Below, piece after piece: positions 1-8,957 of a stretch of 64,000 nucleotides of DNA. Origin of the DNA: Beutenbergiaceae bacterium (GTDB lineage: Bacteria; Actinomycetota; Actinomycetes; Actinomycetales; Beutenbergiaceae). Numbering within the stretch: position 1 is the stretch's first letter; every line of letters begins with the position of its first letter. A model generated the notes under the pieces. The model saw only the letters and a list, made by a program, of their open reading frames with translations. It ran no database searches and had not been told where the DNA came from. The translations under genes were made by a program, and so were the position numbers. The DNA is taken from assembly GCA_035302405.1 (NCBI GenBank), contig DATGSR010000064.1, forward strand, positions 21,464 to 85,463, read 5' to 3'.

Positions 1-692
1 AGGTGACTCAGGTCCACCGCGGGTTCGTCCTTGGGAGCCAGCGCCCGGGCCGCCATGGCCGCCAACTGCTCGGGAGTGACCCGCATGATCAGTTCCGGAA
101 GCAGCGCGGCGAACCTCGGCTCCAGACCCACGTTGCGCGGGTAGGAACGACTGTTGCGCTCCCACTCGGTTTCCAGGTGTGCGGCCACTTCCTTGAAAGC
201 TCGGTACTGCAGGAGTCGGGCGAACAGCAGGTCGCGGGCCTCCAGCAGTTCCAGGTCCTCCACGTCCTCGGTGTCACCTTGGGGCAGTAACCTCGCGGCT
301 TTGAGTTCCAGCAGTGTCGCGGCGATCACCAGGAATTCACTGGCCTGGGACAGGTCCCATTCGCTTTGCGCGCGCAGGTGGGCGATGAAGTCGTCGGTCA
401 CCTCTGCCAACGCCACCTCGGTGACGTCCAACTTGTGTTTGGCGATCAGGGACAGCAGCAGGTCGAACGGGCCGGAGAAATTCTCCAGGCGCACCTCGAA
501 CCCGGGTCGGGAGCCGAGGCGCACGTGCGCGGCGTCGGCGTCCTGGTCCCCTCCCGGGGGCGGTTGGGACGCGGGACCGGACGGCGCGGTTACAGGGTGC
601 GAGGCAGGTGCGGTGAGGGTTTCTCGGCGGACGGCGTCCACCGTGGCGCCTCCGGCCGGATGTTCGGGCCCGACGTCAGGCGACGTCGCCAC
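1..692 (-). CDS. scpA: Segregation/condensation protein A (3' end runs off the window)
   Basis: Not in the ORF track. Manual minus-strand translation gives FEVRLENFSGPFDLLLSLIAKHKLDVTEVALAEVTDDFIAHL...EFLVIAATLLELKAARLLP, the ScpA signature. The GTG at 692 overlaps the parA end. Confidence 0.92.
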   Translation of the reverse strand, partial: MATSPDVGPEHPAGGATVDAVRRETLTAPASHPVTAPSGPASQPPPGGDQDADAAHVRLGSRPGFEVRLENFSGPFDLLLSLIAKHKLDVTEVALAEVTDDFIAHLRAQSEWDLSQASEFLVIAATLLELKAARLLPQGDTEDVEDLELLEARDLLFARLLQYRAFKEVAAHLETEWERNSRSYPRNVGLEPRFAALLPELIMRVTPEQLAAMAARALAPKDEPAVDLSH

Positions 693-1521
693 GGCTGATC
701 AGTTCTCGGGCGAGTTTGCGGTAGTTGTACGCCCCGGCGTGGTTGGGGGCGTAGGAGGTGATCGGTTCAGTGGCCACGGAGGCGTCGGGGAACTTCACCG
801 TGCGGGTAATCACGGTGTGGAAGACCTGGTCGCCGAAGGCTTCTTGCACGCGAGCGAGCACTTCGCGGGAGTGCAGGGTGCGTGAGTCGTACATAGTGGC
901 CAGGATGCCGTCGATGGTCAGGCGCGGGTTGAGTCGGTCGCGCACCTTCTCGATGGTCTCAACCAGCAACGCCACCCCACGCAGGGCGAAGAACTCCGTT
1001 TCCAGCGGGATGATCACACCGTGCGCAGCGGTTAGCGCGTTCACGGTCAGCAGACCCAACGAGGGTTGGCAGTCCACCAGGATCACGTCGTACTCGTCGG
1101 TGACGGGCCGCAGCACGCGAGCCAGCGCCTGCTCCCGCGCCACTTCGTTGACCAGTTGCACCTCAGCGGCGGACAGGTCGATGTTGGCGGGCACCAGGTC
1201 CAAGCCCGGCACCTCGGTCCGGTGGATGATCTGGGTAATGTCGGGCTGCTCGGCCATCAGCGTGGTGTAGATCGTTTGATCCAACTCGTGGGCGTTCAGG
1301 CCCAACCCGGCGGACGCGGCGCCCTGGGGGTCCAGATCCACCAGCAGCACCTTGCGCCCGTACTCGGCCAGCGCTGCACCCAGGTTGATCGTCGTGGTGG
1401 TCTTGCCCACCCCGCCCTTCTGGTTGCACATCGCGATAATGCGGGCCGGGCCATGAGCGTTGAGCGGCTGGGGTTCGGGGAAGTCGCGGGCCTTGATCTC
1501 CGCAGGGTTGTCGGTGCTCAC
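676..1521 (-). CDS. ParA/Soj family ATPase
   Basis: Deviant Walker A NQKGGVGKTTT, LLVDLDPQG, DCQPSLGLLTVNALTAA; usual position upstream of scpA. Confidence 0.95.
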   Translation of the reverse strand: MSTDNPAEIKARDFPEPQPLNAHGPARIIAMCNQKGGVGKTTTTINLGAALAEYGRKVLLVDLDPQGAASAGLGLNAHELDQTIYTTLMAEQPDITQIIHRTEVPGLDLVPANIDLSAAEVQLVNEVAREQALARVLRPVTDEYDVILVDCQPSLGLLTVNALTAAHGVIIPLETEFFALRGVALLVETIEKVRDRLNPRLTIDGILATMYDSRTLHSREVLARVQEAFGDQVFHTVITRTVKFPDASVATEPITSYAPNHAGAYNYRKLARELISRGDVA

Positions 1522-1686
1522 GCGGCCAACCTACTTCCCAAGGCCGCATCGACCAACTGTCCGCGCCGAGTCGGGCGAGACCCGCGCGGTTCCGCATTGC
1601 CCCCTGCTGCGGATCTCCGGTAGCCGGGCCGGCCGCCCGAGGGCCGGTGCGTGTTGCGGTGCGGCGGGCGTGACCGGGTGTGCGAT

Positions 1687-1820
1687 CCACTATGCCGGCC
1701 CTCGCCGGGCGCGACTCGCTACGCCGACCTTCACCGGCGGCGCGACTCGCTACGCCGCCCCTCGCCGGCTGCACCGCTCGCTACGCCGACCCTCGCCGGC
1801 TGCACGGCTCGCTACGCTGG
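1687..1820. repeat. About 31-bp degenerate tandem repeat (4-5 copies) at the GNAT gene promoter
   Basis: CTCGCTACGC starts at 1715, 1746, 1777 and 1808, with a degenerate copy from about 1687. Confidence 0.9.
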
Positions 1821-1826
1821 GCCACC

Positions 1827-3041
1827 ATGTCGTTCCAGATACGACCGTTGTCCCGCTCCGACCGGCGCGCCAGCAGCATCCTGGGCACCGAGGCCTTCGG
1901 CACGGCCCCGTCGCCCTCTGGCGGCGAGTGGCCGATTGCCGGCCAAAGCCCCTGGGGCACGTTCGACGGTGCCACGCTTGCCGCACGGGCTTTCCGCCGC
2001 GCCTACGCCAGTTGGTTCGGCGGCGTAGAGGTGCCCACCAACGGGTTGGCCGGGGTCACCGTGGCGGCCGAGTATCGGGGCCGTGGCCTGCTGCGTCCGC
2101 TGATCGGTCAGGTGTTGGCCGACGGGCGCGCATCGGGCGACGTGATCTCCACCCTGTTCGCCTCCGCCCCCGGTATTTATCACCGCCTCGGCTATGCCCT
2201 ACTGACCTCCTACGACGTGGTGGAGATCCCGACGACCGCGGCCGCGGCGGTGCGGATCGAGGATTCCACCGGTCTGCCGGGCCAGGACGGCCCCGTAACC
2301 ACTCGCCGCGCCACCACGGCGGACGGCGAGGCGATTCGGAGGCTGTACGACCAGTGGGCCGCCGCGCAGAACGGGCCGCTGACTCGCACCGGCCCCAACT
2401 TCCCCCCGACCGACCTCACCCAGGAGTTCACCGGCGTCAGCGTTGCTACCGGGCCCGACGGCCAACTGCAAGGTTATGTGAACTGGGTCCGCGGGACGCA
2501 GGAGCGGTCCGATGCCGCCCTGGTCGTACACGACCTGATCGCCTCTACCTCAGCGGCCTACCGGGCCCTGTGGCGGCTGCTGGGCTCCTTCGCCCCGGTG
2601 CTGGGCCTCATCCGGCTGCACACCTCCGGGGCGGACGTGGCGCGCCTGTTCCTGCCTCCCGCAGCCTGGCGCACCATTTCCACCGGCCCCTACATGCTCC
2701 GCCTGGACGACGTCGCCGCAGCGTTCACCTTGCGCCGCCTGAGGGTGAGCCGCGACCTGAATTTCAGCGTCACCGGGGATCCTTTCGGGGTGATGGACGG
2801 TGCCTACCTGCTCACTGCCGACGACGGCGGCGCCATCTGCCGGCGCACCGGCACCGCGAGCCAGGCTCCCCTGGATGCCCCGGTCTACACCCCATCGGGT
2901 ATCGCCCTGGCCTGGGCCGGGGCGCAGTCCAGTGCGAATATCCGGATGGCGGGCGGGCTGGCCGGCGGCGATGAGGCCACCGACGCCGTGCTCGACCGAG
3001 CGCTTGGCGGCTGGCAGGTGCACGTCCGCGATGCGTTCTGA
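1827..3041 (+). CDS. Eis-like GNAT acetyltransferase
   Basis: GVTVAAEYRGRGLL acetyl-CoA motif, ISTLFASAPGIYHRLGY, about 404 aa, C-terminal DAF. ATG 1827 follows a TACGCT -10 element; the in-frame upstream extension is the repeat array. Confidence 0.85.
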   Translation: MSFQIRPLSRSDRRASSILGTEAFGTAPSPSGGEWPIAGQSPWGTFDGATLAARAFRRAYASWFGGVEVPTNGLAGVTVAAEYRGRGLLRPLIGQVLADGRASGDVISTLFASAPGIYHRLGYALLTSYDVVEIPTTAAAAVRIEDSTGLPGQDGPVTTRRATTADGEAIRRLYDQWAAAQNGPLTRTGPNFPPTDLTQEFTGVSVATGPDGQLQGYVNWVRGTQERSDAALVVHDLIASTSAAYRALWRLLGSFAPVLGLIRLHTSGADVARLFLPPAAWRTISTGPYMLRLDDVAAAFTLRRLRVSRDLNFSVTGDPFGVMDGAYLLTADDGGAICRRTGTASQAPLDAPVYTPSGIALAWAGAQSSANIRMAGGLAGGDEATDAVLDRALGGWQVHVRDAF

Positions 3042-3054
3042 CCCGGCGCGCGAC

Positions 3055-3205
3055 GGTGAGCGGGCCTAAGCTGCGCTAGGGGCGATCGGGTCCAACCCAG
3101 TGCCCCGGGGGTGAGCGGGCCTAACTTAGCGCCCCGGAGGCGAGCGGGTCCAACCTAGTGGCCCGGGGGCGAGCGGGCCTACCCCAGTGCCCGGGGGTGA
3201 GCGGC
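3055..3205. repeat. About 29-bp degenerate tandem repeat (5-6 copies) overlapping the xerD stop codon
   Basis: GG(T/C)GA(G/T)CGG units at 3055, 3081, 3110, 3139, 3168 and 3196. Confidence 0.88.
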
Positions 3206-4159
3206 CGCGTAGACCTCTCGCAGCGCGTCGGGGGTGAGGTGGGTGTAGATCTGGGTGGTGGTCACCGAGGCGTGCCCGAGCAATTCCTGGACGACGCGCA
3301 CGTCGGCGCCGCCGGCGAGCAGGTGGGTGGCATAGGAATGGCGCAGCGTGTGCGGGGAGATCCGTGCGGTCATCCCGCCGCGTTCGGCGGCTTGTTGCAA
3401 CACCGCCCAAGCACTCTGCCGGCTCAGGGGGTTTCCTCGCTGGTTCAGGAACAGCGCGGTGTTGCCGCGGCCCTTACTGGCCAGCGCCGGCCGGGCTTGC
3501 ACCAGGTAGGCCTCAAGGGCCTGGACGGCGAACCTGCCCATGGGCACCACGCGTTCACGGCGCCCCTTGCCGAACAGCCGCACGCTGGCCGCCGTGCGGT
3601 CCAGCACCACATCGTCCACGCTGAGCCCGACCGCCTCACTGATCCGCGCGCCGGTACCGTACAGCACCTCGACCAAGGCCCGGTCCCGCAGCCCCAGAAC
3701 TCCCGGTGCCGCGGAGGCGCCCTGAAGGAGTTGGTCCACCTGATCCACCGAGACGGCCTTGGGCAGGCGCTTGGTGGTGCCCGGGGGCTTGATCTGCGCC
3801 GCGGGGTTATGCGTGGTACGCCCCTCCATCGCCTCGAACTTGTGCCAGCCGCGGATGGCGACCACGGCCCTTGCCGCCGAACTGGCCGACAGCGCACGCC
3901 CTCCGTCGCTCCCGGCTCGGATCGCCTCCACGTAGGCGGCAACGTCCGCTTCCGTCACCTGCTCCAGGTCGGTGCGCCGGCGGGTCAGCAGGAACCGTGC
4001 GTAGCGGGTCAAGTCGCGCCGGTAAGCTCCCAGCGTGTGGCCGGATAGCCCGCGTTCGATGCCCAGGTGAGCCAGGTATTGGCGCAGCACACCCGTGAAC
4101 GGCCCGGCGTCGTCGTCGGCCGCTGCTGCGCGCGGGGGCTCCTGACCTGGGGCGGGCAC
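3179..4159 (-). CDS. xerD: Site-specific tyrosine recombinase XerD
   Basis: [58 protein letters not shown]. Start codon uncertain. Confidence 0.95.
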   Translation of the reverse strand: MPAPGQEPPRAAAADDDAGPFTGVLRQYLAHLGIERGLSGHTLGAYRRDLTRYARFLLTRRRTDLEQVTEADVAAYVEAIRAGSDGGRALSASSAARAVVAIRGWHKFEAMEGRTTHNPAAQIKPPGTTKRLPKAVSVDQVDQLLQGASAAPGVLGLRDRALVEVLYGTGARISEAVGLSVDDVVLDRTAASVRLFGKGRRERVVPMGRFAVQALEAYLVQARPALASKGRGNTALFLNQRGNPLSRQSAWAVLQQAAERGGMTARISPHTLRHSYATHLLAGGADVRVVQELLGHASVTTTQIYTHLTPDALREVYAAAHPRALG

Positions 4160-4163
4160 CGGC

Positions 4164-5225
4164 TTAGAAGGGTAGGAACGGGTCGACGGCGATCACCACG
4201 AATAACACGGTGAGATAGGTGATGGATGCGTGGAACACCTTCATGGCGCGAAGTTTCTTCGGGTTGCCGTGGCGTGCCCGGCGGTAGAGCGCAATGCACA
4301 GCCACAGGAACCAGCCGCCGGACAACGCCGCGGCCGCGGTGTACAGCCAACCCATGTCCGCTACCGGCACCAGCGCCAAGGAGCACGCAATCATCGCCAC
4401 GGTGTAGGCGATCATCTGGCGCGCCACCCGTGTGTCCGGGGAGACCACGGGGAGCATCGGCACGTCGGCGCGGGTGTAATCGGCCTTGAATTTCATCGAC
4501 AGCGGCCAGTAGTGCGGGGGCGTCCAGAAGAAGATGATGCCGAACAGCAGCACCGGCGCCCAGGACAGGGATCCGGTCACGGCGGACCACCCGATCAGCA
4601 CTGGCATGCACCCGGCAGCGCCGCCCCACACGATGTTCTGGGACGTGTGGCGCTTCAGCAGCACCGTGTAACCCACGGCGTACATCACGATGGCCGCCAG
4701 ACACAGTGCGGCGGAGACCCAGTTGACTACCAGGCCGAGCCAACCGATCGCGAAGACGCCGAGCGCGAAGGCGAACACCATCGCTTGCCGCGGGGTGATC
4801 TCTCCGGTGACCAACGGGCGGTTCTTGGTCCGGTTCATCAACGCATCGATGTCCCGGTCGTAGACCATGTTGAACACGTTCGCCGAACCTGCGGCGGTGG
4901 CACCGCCGATAAGGGTGGCCACCACCAGCCACCAACCGGGGAAGCCCCGCTCGGCCAGGAACATCGTCGGAACCGTGGTGACCAGCAGCAATTCGATCAC
5001 TCGGGGCTTGGTCAAGGCCACGTACGCCTTGACCTTCGCACCTCGGCTCTGCTGCCCCGCGGGTGGCCGCGTGCGCTGCGCCGAGTCCGACCTCTCCCCC
5101 GGCCGAACCGCGGTCTCTCCTCCGACGTTGACCGGATCTGCTTCCGTCTGCGACACGACCTCACCATCTCCTGCTGCACAGCCGACCAGTCCCGGGCCGG
5201 GCTGGGCTGCGACGCTCTTGCTCAT
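4164..5225 (-). CDS. ctaB: Protoheme IX farnesyltransferase (heme o synthase)
   Basis: [42 protein letters not shown]. The true start is probably downstream of 5225. Confidence 0.95.
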   Translation of the reverse strand: MSKSVAAQPGPGLVGCAAGDGEVVSQTEADPVNVGGETAVRPGERSDSAQRTRPPAGQQSRGAKVKAYVALTKPRVIELLLVTTVPTMFLAERGFPGWWLVVATLIGGATAAGSANVFNMVYDRDIDALMNRTKNRPLVTGEITPRQAMVFAFALGVFAIGWLGLVVNWVSAALCLAAIVMYAVGYTVLLKRHTSQNIVWGGAAGCMPVLIGWSAVTGSLSWAPVLLFGIIFFWTPPHYWPLSMKFKADYTRADVPMLPVVSPDTRVARQMIAYTVAMIACSLALVPVADMGWLYTAAAALSGGWFLWLCIALYRRARHGNPKKLRAMKVFHASITYLTVLFVVIAVDPFLPF

Positions 5226-5463
5226 GCCAGTCTAAGTGGTCCACAGCCCGATGCAGCGACCTCTCGGGTCAGCGAGGCGCTGGGCGCTCCACCACCAGGG
5301 GCTACACCTTGCGCATCCGGGCCTAGTGCATTTCCACATACGAGAGTCTTGCCCCGCCCATCCGCGGGCTACATCTTGCGCATCCGCAGGTTGCCGTCTC
5401 CACCAGAGGCCGCCGCTAGATGGGCCGGTCAAGTCGGCTCCAGCGGATCTAGCCAGCCAGTGC

Positions 5464-5477
5464 GGAAAGCGCTATCC
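5464..5477. promoter_or_regulatory. Putative LacI-family operator upstream of the tkt operon
   Basis: GGAAAGCGCTATCC: 14-bp palindrome with one mismatch and a central CG, typical of LacI/GalR sites. Confidence 0.5.
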
Positions 5478-5688
5478 TCACTGTTGTGTGTTGCAGGACA
5501 CGGCGGATGCCCACCTTGGCGTCGCCCCCGCCGGCGGGCGATGGTGGCGGACAAGGATTGTCAACGCGTGCCGACCGCGCCTGACTCGATAGGCTCGGCA
5601 CAGAGTGAACCAACCCACACCGCTGCCATGGCGTGTTCATCGGCAGTGCGAGCAGAACGCACGCCCGTCAAGGGCGGAAGGGAAGCCC

Positions 5689-7794
5689 GTGAACGCTAAA
5701 GCCCCGAAAGCCACCACAACAGGCTGGACCGATCTGGATCTACGCGCAGTGGACACCGCCCGGGTGTTGGCTGCTGACGCAGTTGAGAAGGCCGGCAACG
5801 GTCATCCCGGCACCGCAATCGCCCTGGCACCAGTGGCCTATTTGCTGTACCAGAACGTCATGGCATCGGACCCGGCCGATCCGCACTGGTTGGGTCGGGA
5901 CCGGTTCGTGCTGTCGGCCGGCCACTCCAGCCTGACCCAGTACATCCAGTTGTTCCTCGGCGGATTCGGTCTGGAGATCGAGGACCTACAAGCGTTGCGC
6001 ACGTTCGGCTCCAAGACGCCTGGCCACCCCGAGTACGGCTTCACCGACGGAGTGGAGACCACCACCGGCCCACTGGGACAAGGCATCTCCACGGCGGTGG
6101 GAATGGCCTACGCGCAGCGGCGCGTGCGTGGCCTGCTCGATCCGGACGCGGACCAGGGCACCTCCCCCTTCGACCACCGGGTCTACGTCATCGCCTCCGA
6201 TGGTGACTTGCAGGAAGGGGTCAGCCACGAAGCATCCGCGCTTGCCGGCACCCAGGAGCTGGGCAATCTCGTGGTGATCTGGGACGACAACCAGATCTCG
6301 ATCGAGGGAGACACCGACATCGCGTTCACCGAAGACGTGATGGCCCGGTACGAGGCCTATGGATGGCACACCCAGCACGTGGACTGGACCGGGGGCGGTA
6401 ACCGGTACGTGGAAGACGTGGACGCCCTCGCAGCCGCCCTGGATGAGGCCAAGCAGGTAGGCGACCGGCCCAGTCTCATCCGGTTGTCCACCATCATCGC
6501 CTGGCCCGCCCCGACTGCACAGAACACCCACGGGGCACATGGCGCGAAACTCGGCGCTGAGGAAGTCGCCGCGCTGAAGAACGTGCTGGAGTTCGACCCC
6601 GACCAGAACTTCGTGGTGGAACCGGAGGTGCTGACGCATACTCGCGGCCTGGTGGACCGGGGCGCAAAGGCCCACGCGGACTGGGACGCCAAACTCACCG
6701 AGTGGGAGGCAGCCAATCCCGAGGGCGCCCAGTTGCTCCAACGACTGCGCGAACGCCGCCTCCCGGAGGGTTGGACCGACGCGCTGCCGACGTTCGAGGC
6801 GGGCAAGGACGTGGCCACCCGCGCGGCGTCGGGAGCGGTGCTGGCGGCGTTGGCCGATCCGCTCCCGGAACTGTGGGGTGGTTCGGCGGACCTGGCCGGT
6901 TCCAACAACACGACCATGAAGGGTGAGCCGTCGTTCATCCCGGCGCGCCGTTCCACCGAGCAGTTCACCGGTAACCCGTATGGACGCACGATGCACTTCG
7001 GCATCCGTGAGCACGGAATGGGCACGATCCTCAACGGCATCGCGTTGAACGGCTTGACTCGTCCTTACGGCGGCACGTTCTTCACGTTCAGTGACTACAT
7101 GCGTCCTGCAGTGCGCCTGGCCGCGCTGATGAAGGCGCCGTCGATCTTCGTGTGGACCCACGACTCCATCGGCCTGGGTGAGGACGGACCGACCCACCAG
7201 CCGGTGGAACACCTGGCCGCGGTGCGGGCTATCCCGGACCTGGCGCTGGTGCGGCCGGCCGATGCGAACGAGACCGCCTGGGCGTGGCGCACAATTCTGG
7301 AACGCGATGAGCCCGCGGGCCTTGTGCTCACCCGCCAGAACGTGCCCACCTTCCCGCGCGGGCAGGACGGGTTCGCTGCCGCAGCCGGGGTGGCCAGGGG
7401 CGCCTACGTTTTGCTGGAGGCATCCTCCGGGCGGCCCGAGGTGATCTTGTTGGCCACCGGTTCCGAGGTGCAACTAGCGGTGGAGGCACGCACCGAACTG
7501 GAGGACCGGGGAATTCCCACACGAGTGGTCTCGGCGCCGTGCCTGGAATGGTTCGAGGACCAGGACGAGGATTACCGCGAGGAAGTGCTGCCCAGCGATG
7601 TTCGTGCTCGGGTGAGCATCGAGGCCGGAATCGCCATGCCCTGGCACCGCTACATCGGTGACGCCGGGCGGGCCGTCTCCCTGGAGCACTACGGCGGCTC
7701 GGCTGATTATCAGACTCTCTTCCGGGAGTTCGGGATCACCGCCGAGGCGGCGGTCCGTGCCGCGGAAGAATCCCTTGCCGCATCTCGGGGCTAA
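5689..7794 (+). CDS. tkt: Transketolase
   Basis: GHPGTAIAL, RDRFVLSAGH, SDGDLQEG TPP motif, THDSIGLGEDGPTHQP; GTG 5689 preceded by AAGGGAAG. Confidence 0.97.
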   Translation: MNAKAPKATTTGWTDLDLRAVDTARVLAADAVEKAGNGHPGTAIALAPVAYLLYQNVMASDPADPHWLGRDRFVLSAGHSSLTQYIQLFLGGFGLEIEDLQALRTFGSKTPGHPEYGFTDGVETTTGPLGQGISTAVGMAYAQRRVRGLLDPDADQGTSPFDHRVYVIASDGDLQEGVSHEASALAGTQELGNLVVIWDDNQISIEGDTDIAFTEDVMARYEAYGWHTQHVDWTGGGNRYVEDVDALAAALDEAKQVGDRPSLIRLSTIIAWPAPTAQNTHGAHGAKLGAEEVAALKNVLEFDPDQNFVVEPEVLTHTRGLVDRGAKAHADWDAKLTEWEAANPEGAQLLQRLRERRLPEGWTDALPTFEAGKDVATRAASGAVLAALADPLPELWGGSADLAGSNNTTMKGEPSFIPARRSTEQFTGNPYGRTMHFGIREHGMGTILNGIALNGLTRPYGGTFFTFSDYMRPAVRLAALMKAPSIFVWTHDSIGLGEDGPTHQPVEHLAAVRAIPDLALVRPADANETAWAWRTILERDEPAGLVLTRQNVPTFPRGQDGFAAAAGVARGAYVLLEASSGRPEVILLATGSEVQLAVEARTELEDRGIPTRVVSAPCLEWFEDQDEDYREEVLPSDVRARVSIEAGIAMPWHRYIGDAGRAVSLEHYGGSADYQTLFREFGITAEAAVRAAEESLAASRG

Positions 7795-7814
7795 CGACGA
7801 CGAAGGAGCCTGTC

Positions 7815-8957
7815 ATGTCCACCTCACCATTGGCCCGGATCAGCGAAGCCGGAGTGTCGGTCTGGCTCGATGACCTGTCCCGGGATGCCCTACAGGACGG
7901 GAGCCTCGCCCGCCTGATCGACACCCGCCATGTGGTGGGGGTGACCACGAACCCGACCATCTTTGCCGGTGCGGTCAGCCGCGGCGATGCTTACCAGGAC
8001 CAACTGGAGCAATTAGCGGCGGCCGGCGCCGGCACCGAGTCGGCCGTGCTGGCGTTGACTACCGACGACGTGCGCGCGGCCTGCGACCTGTTCGCGGACG
8101 TGTATGAGCGCACCGGAGGTCGGGATGGGCGGGTGTCGATCGAGGTTGATCCGCGACTGGCCCATGACACCGACGCCACGGTCGAGGCAGCCAGGCTGCT
8201 GTGGCGTACGGTGGACCGCCCGAACGCGATGATCAAGATCCCGGCCACCGTCGAAGGTTTGCCGGCTATCACCGCCGCGATCGCCGAGGGGATCAGCGTA
8301 AATGTGACGCTGATCTTCTCGCTGGACCGCTACCGCGCAGTGGCCCAGGCATACTTGGACGGGTTGGAGCGTGCTCAGCAGGCCGGCGTGGACCTGGGTG
8401 CGATACGTTCCGTGGCCTCGATCTTCCTCTCCCGAATCGACACCAAGGTCGACGCTGCGCTCGATGACATCGGCACCGACCAGGCCAGAGCCGTGCGGGG
8501 GCGCACCGCGGTCGCCGGAGCGCGGCTGGCCTACCAGGTCTTCCAGGAGATCTTCACTTCCCCCCGGTTCGAGGAGTTGGCCGGGGCCGGTGCACACGTG
8601 CAGCGCCCGCTGTGGGCCTCCACGGGAACTAAGGATCCGGCCTATCCGGACACGATGTACGTCGATGAGTTGGTGACGGCGGATGTGGTGAACACCATGC
8701 CGGCGGCCACGTTGGCTGCGGTCGCCGACCACTCCCCCGCTACCGGGGCCGACACCGCCCAGGGTCGGTACGAGGAGGCGCAGGCGGTCATTGACGAAGT
8801 GTTACGCCTGGGTGTCGACTACGAACAGATCCTGGCCGATCTGGAGGCCGCGGGAGTGGAGTCGTTCATCGCCTCATGGGAGGAATTGTTGGAAACCGTC
8901 GGCGCGGAGTTGGACAGGACTGCCCGCGCGCAGACCGCTAGCGGCGGCCAGGCGTGA
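7815..8957 (+). CDS. tal: Transaldolase
   Basis: VSVWLDDLSR, GVTTNPTIF, MIKIPATVEG, RPLWASTGTK. Confidence 0.97.
   Translation: MSTSPLARISEAGVSVWLDDLSRDALQDGSLARLIDTRHVVGVTTNPTIFAGAVSRGDAYQDQLEQLAAAGAGTESAVLALTTDDVRAACDLFADVYERTGGRDGRVSIEVDPRLAHDTDATVEAARLLWRTVDRPNAMIKIPATVEGLPAITAAIAEGISVNVTLIFSLDRYRAVAQAYLDGLERAQQAGVDLGAIRSVASIFLSRIDTKVDAALDDIGTDQARAVRGRTAVAGARLAYQVFQEIFTSPRFEELAGAGAHVQRPLWASTGTKDPAYPDTMYVDELVTADVVNTMPAATLAAVADHSPATGADTAQGRYEEAQAVIDEVLRLGVDYEQILADLEAAGVESFIASWEELLETVGAELDRTARAQTASGGQA

Noticed and set aside
1687-3205. Repeat arrays as CRISPR
   Set aside because: Units are contiguous and degenerate with no unique spacers, and no cas genes are present. The same applies to the other arrays.
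3179-4159. Tyrosine recombinase as a mobile-element integrase
   Set aside because: Sequence and parA-scpA context identify housekeeping XerD.
4230-7473. Long antisense or alternate-frame ORFs (e.g. 4230-5699 +, 5986-7473 -, 50953-52392 +, 57725-59065 +)
   Set aside because: Shadow ORFs of real genes, expected in high-GC DNA, with no recognisable motifs.
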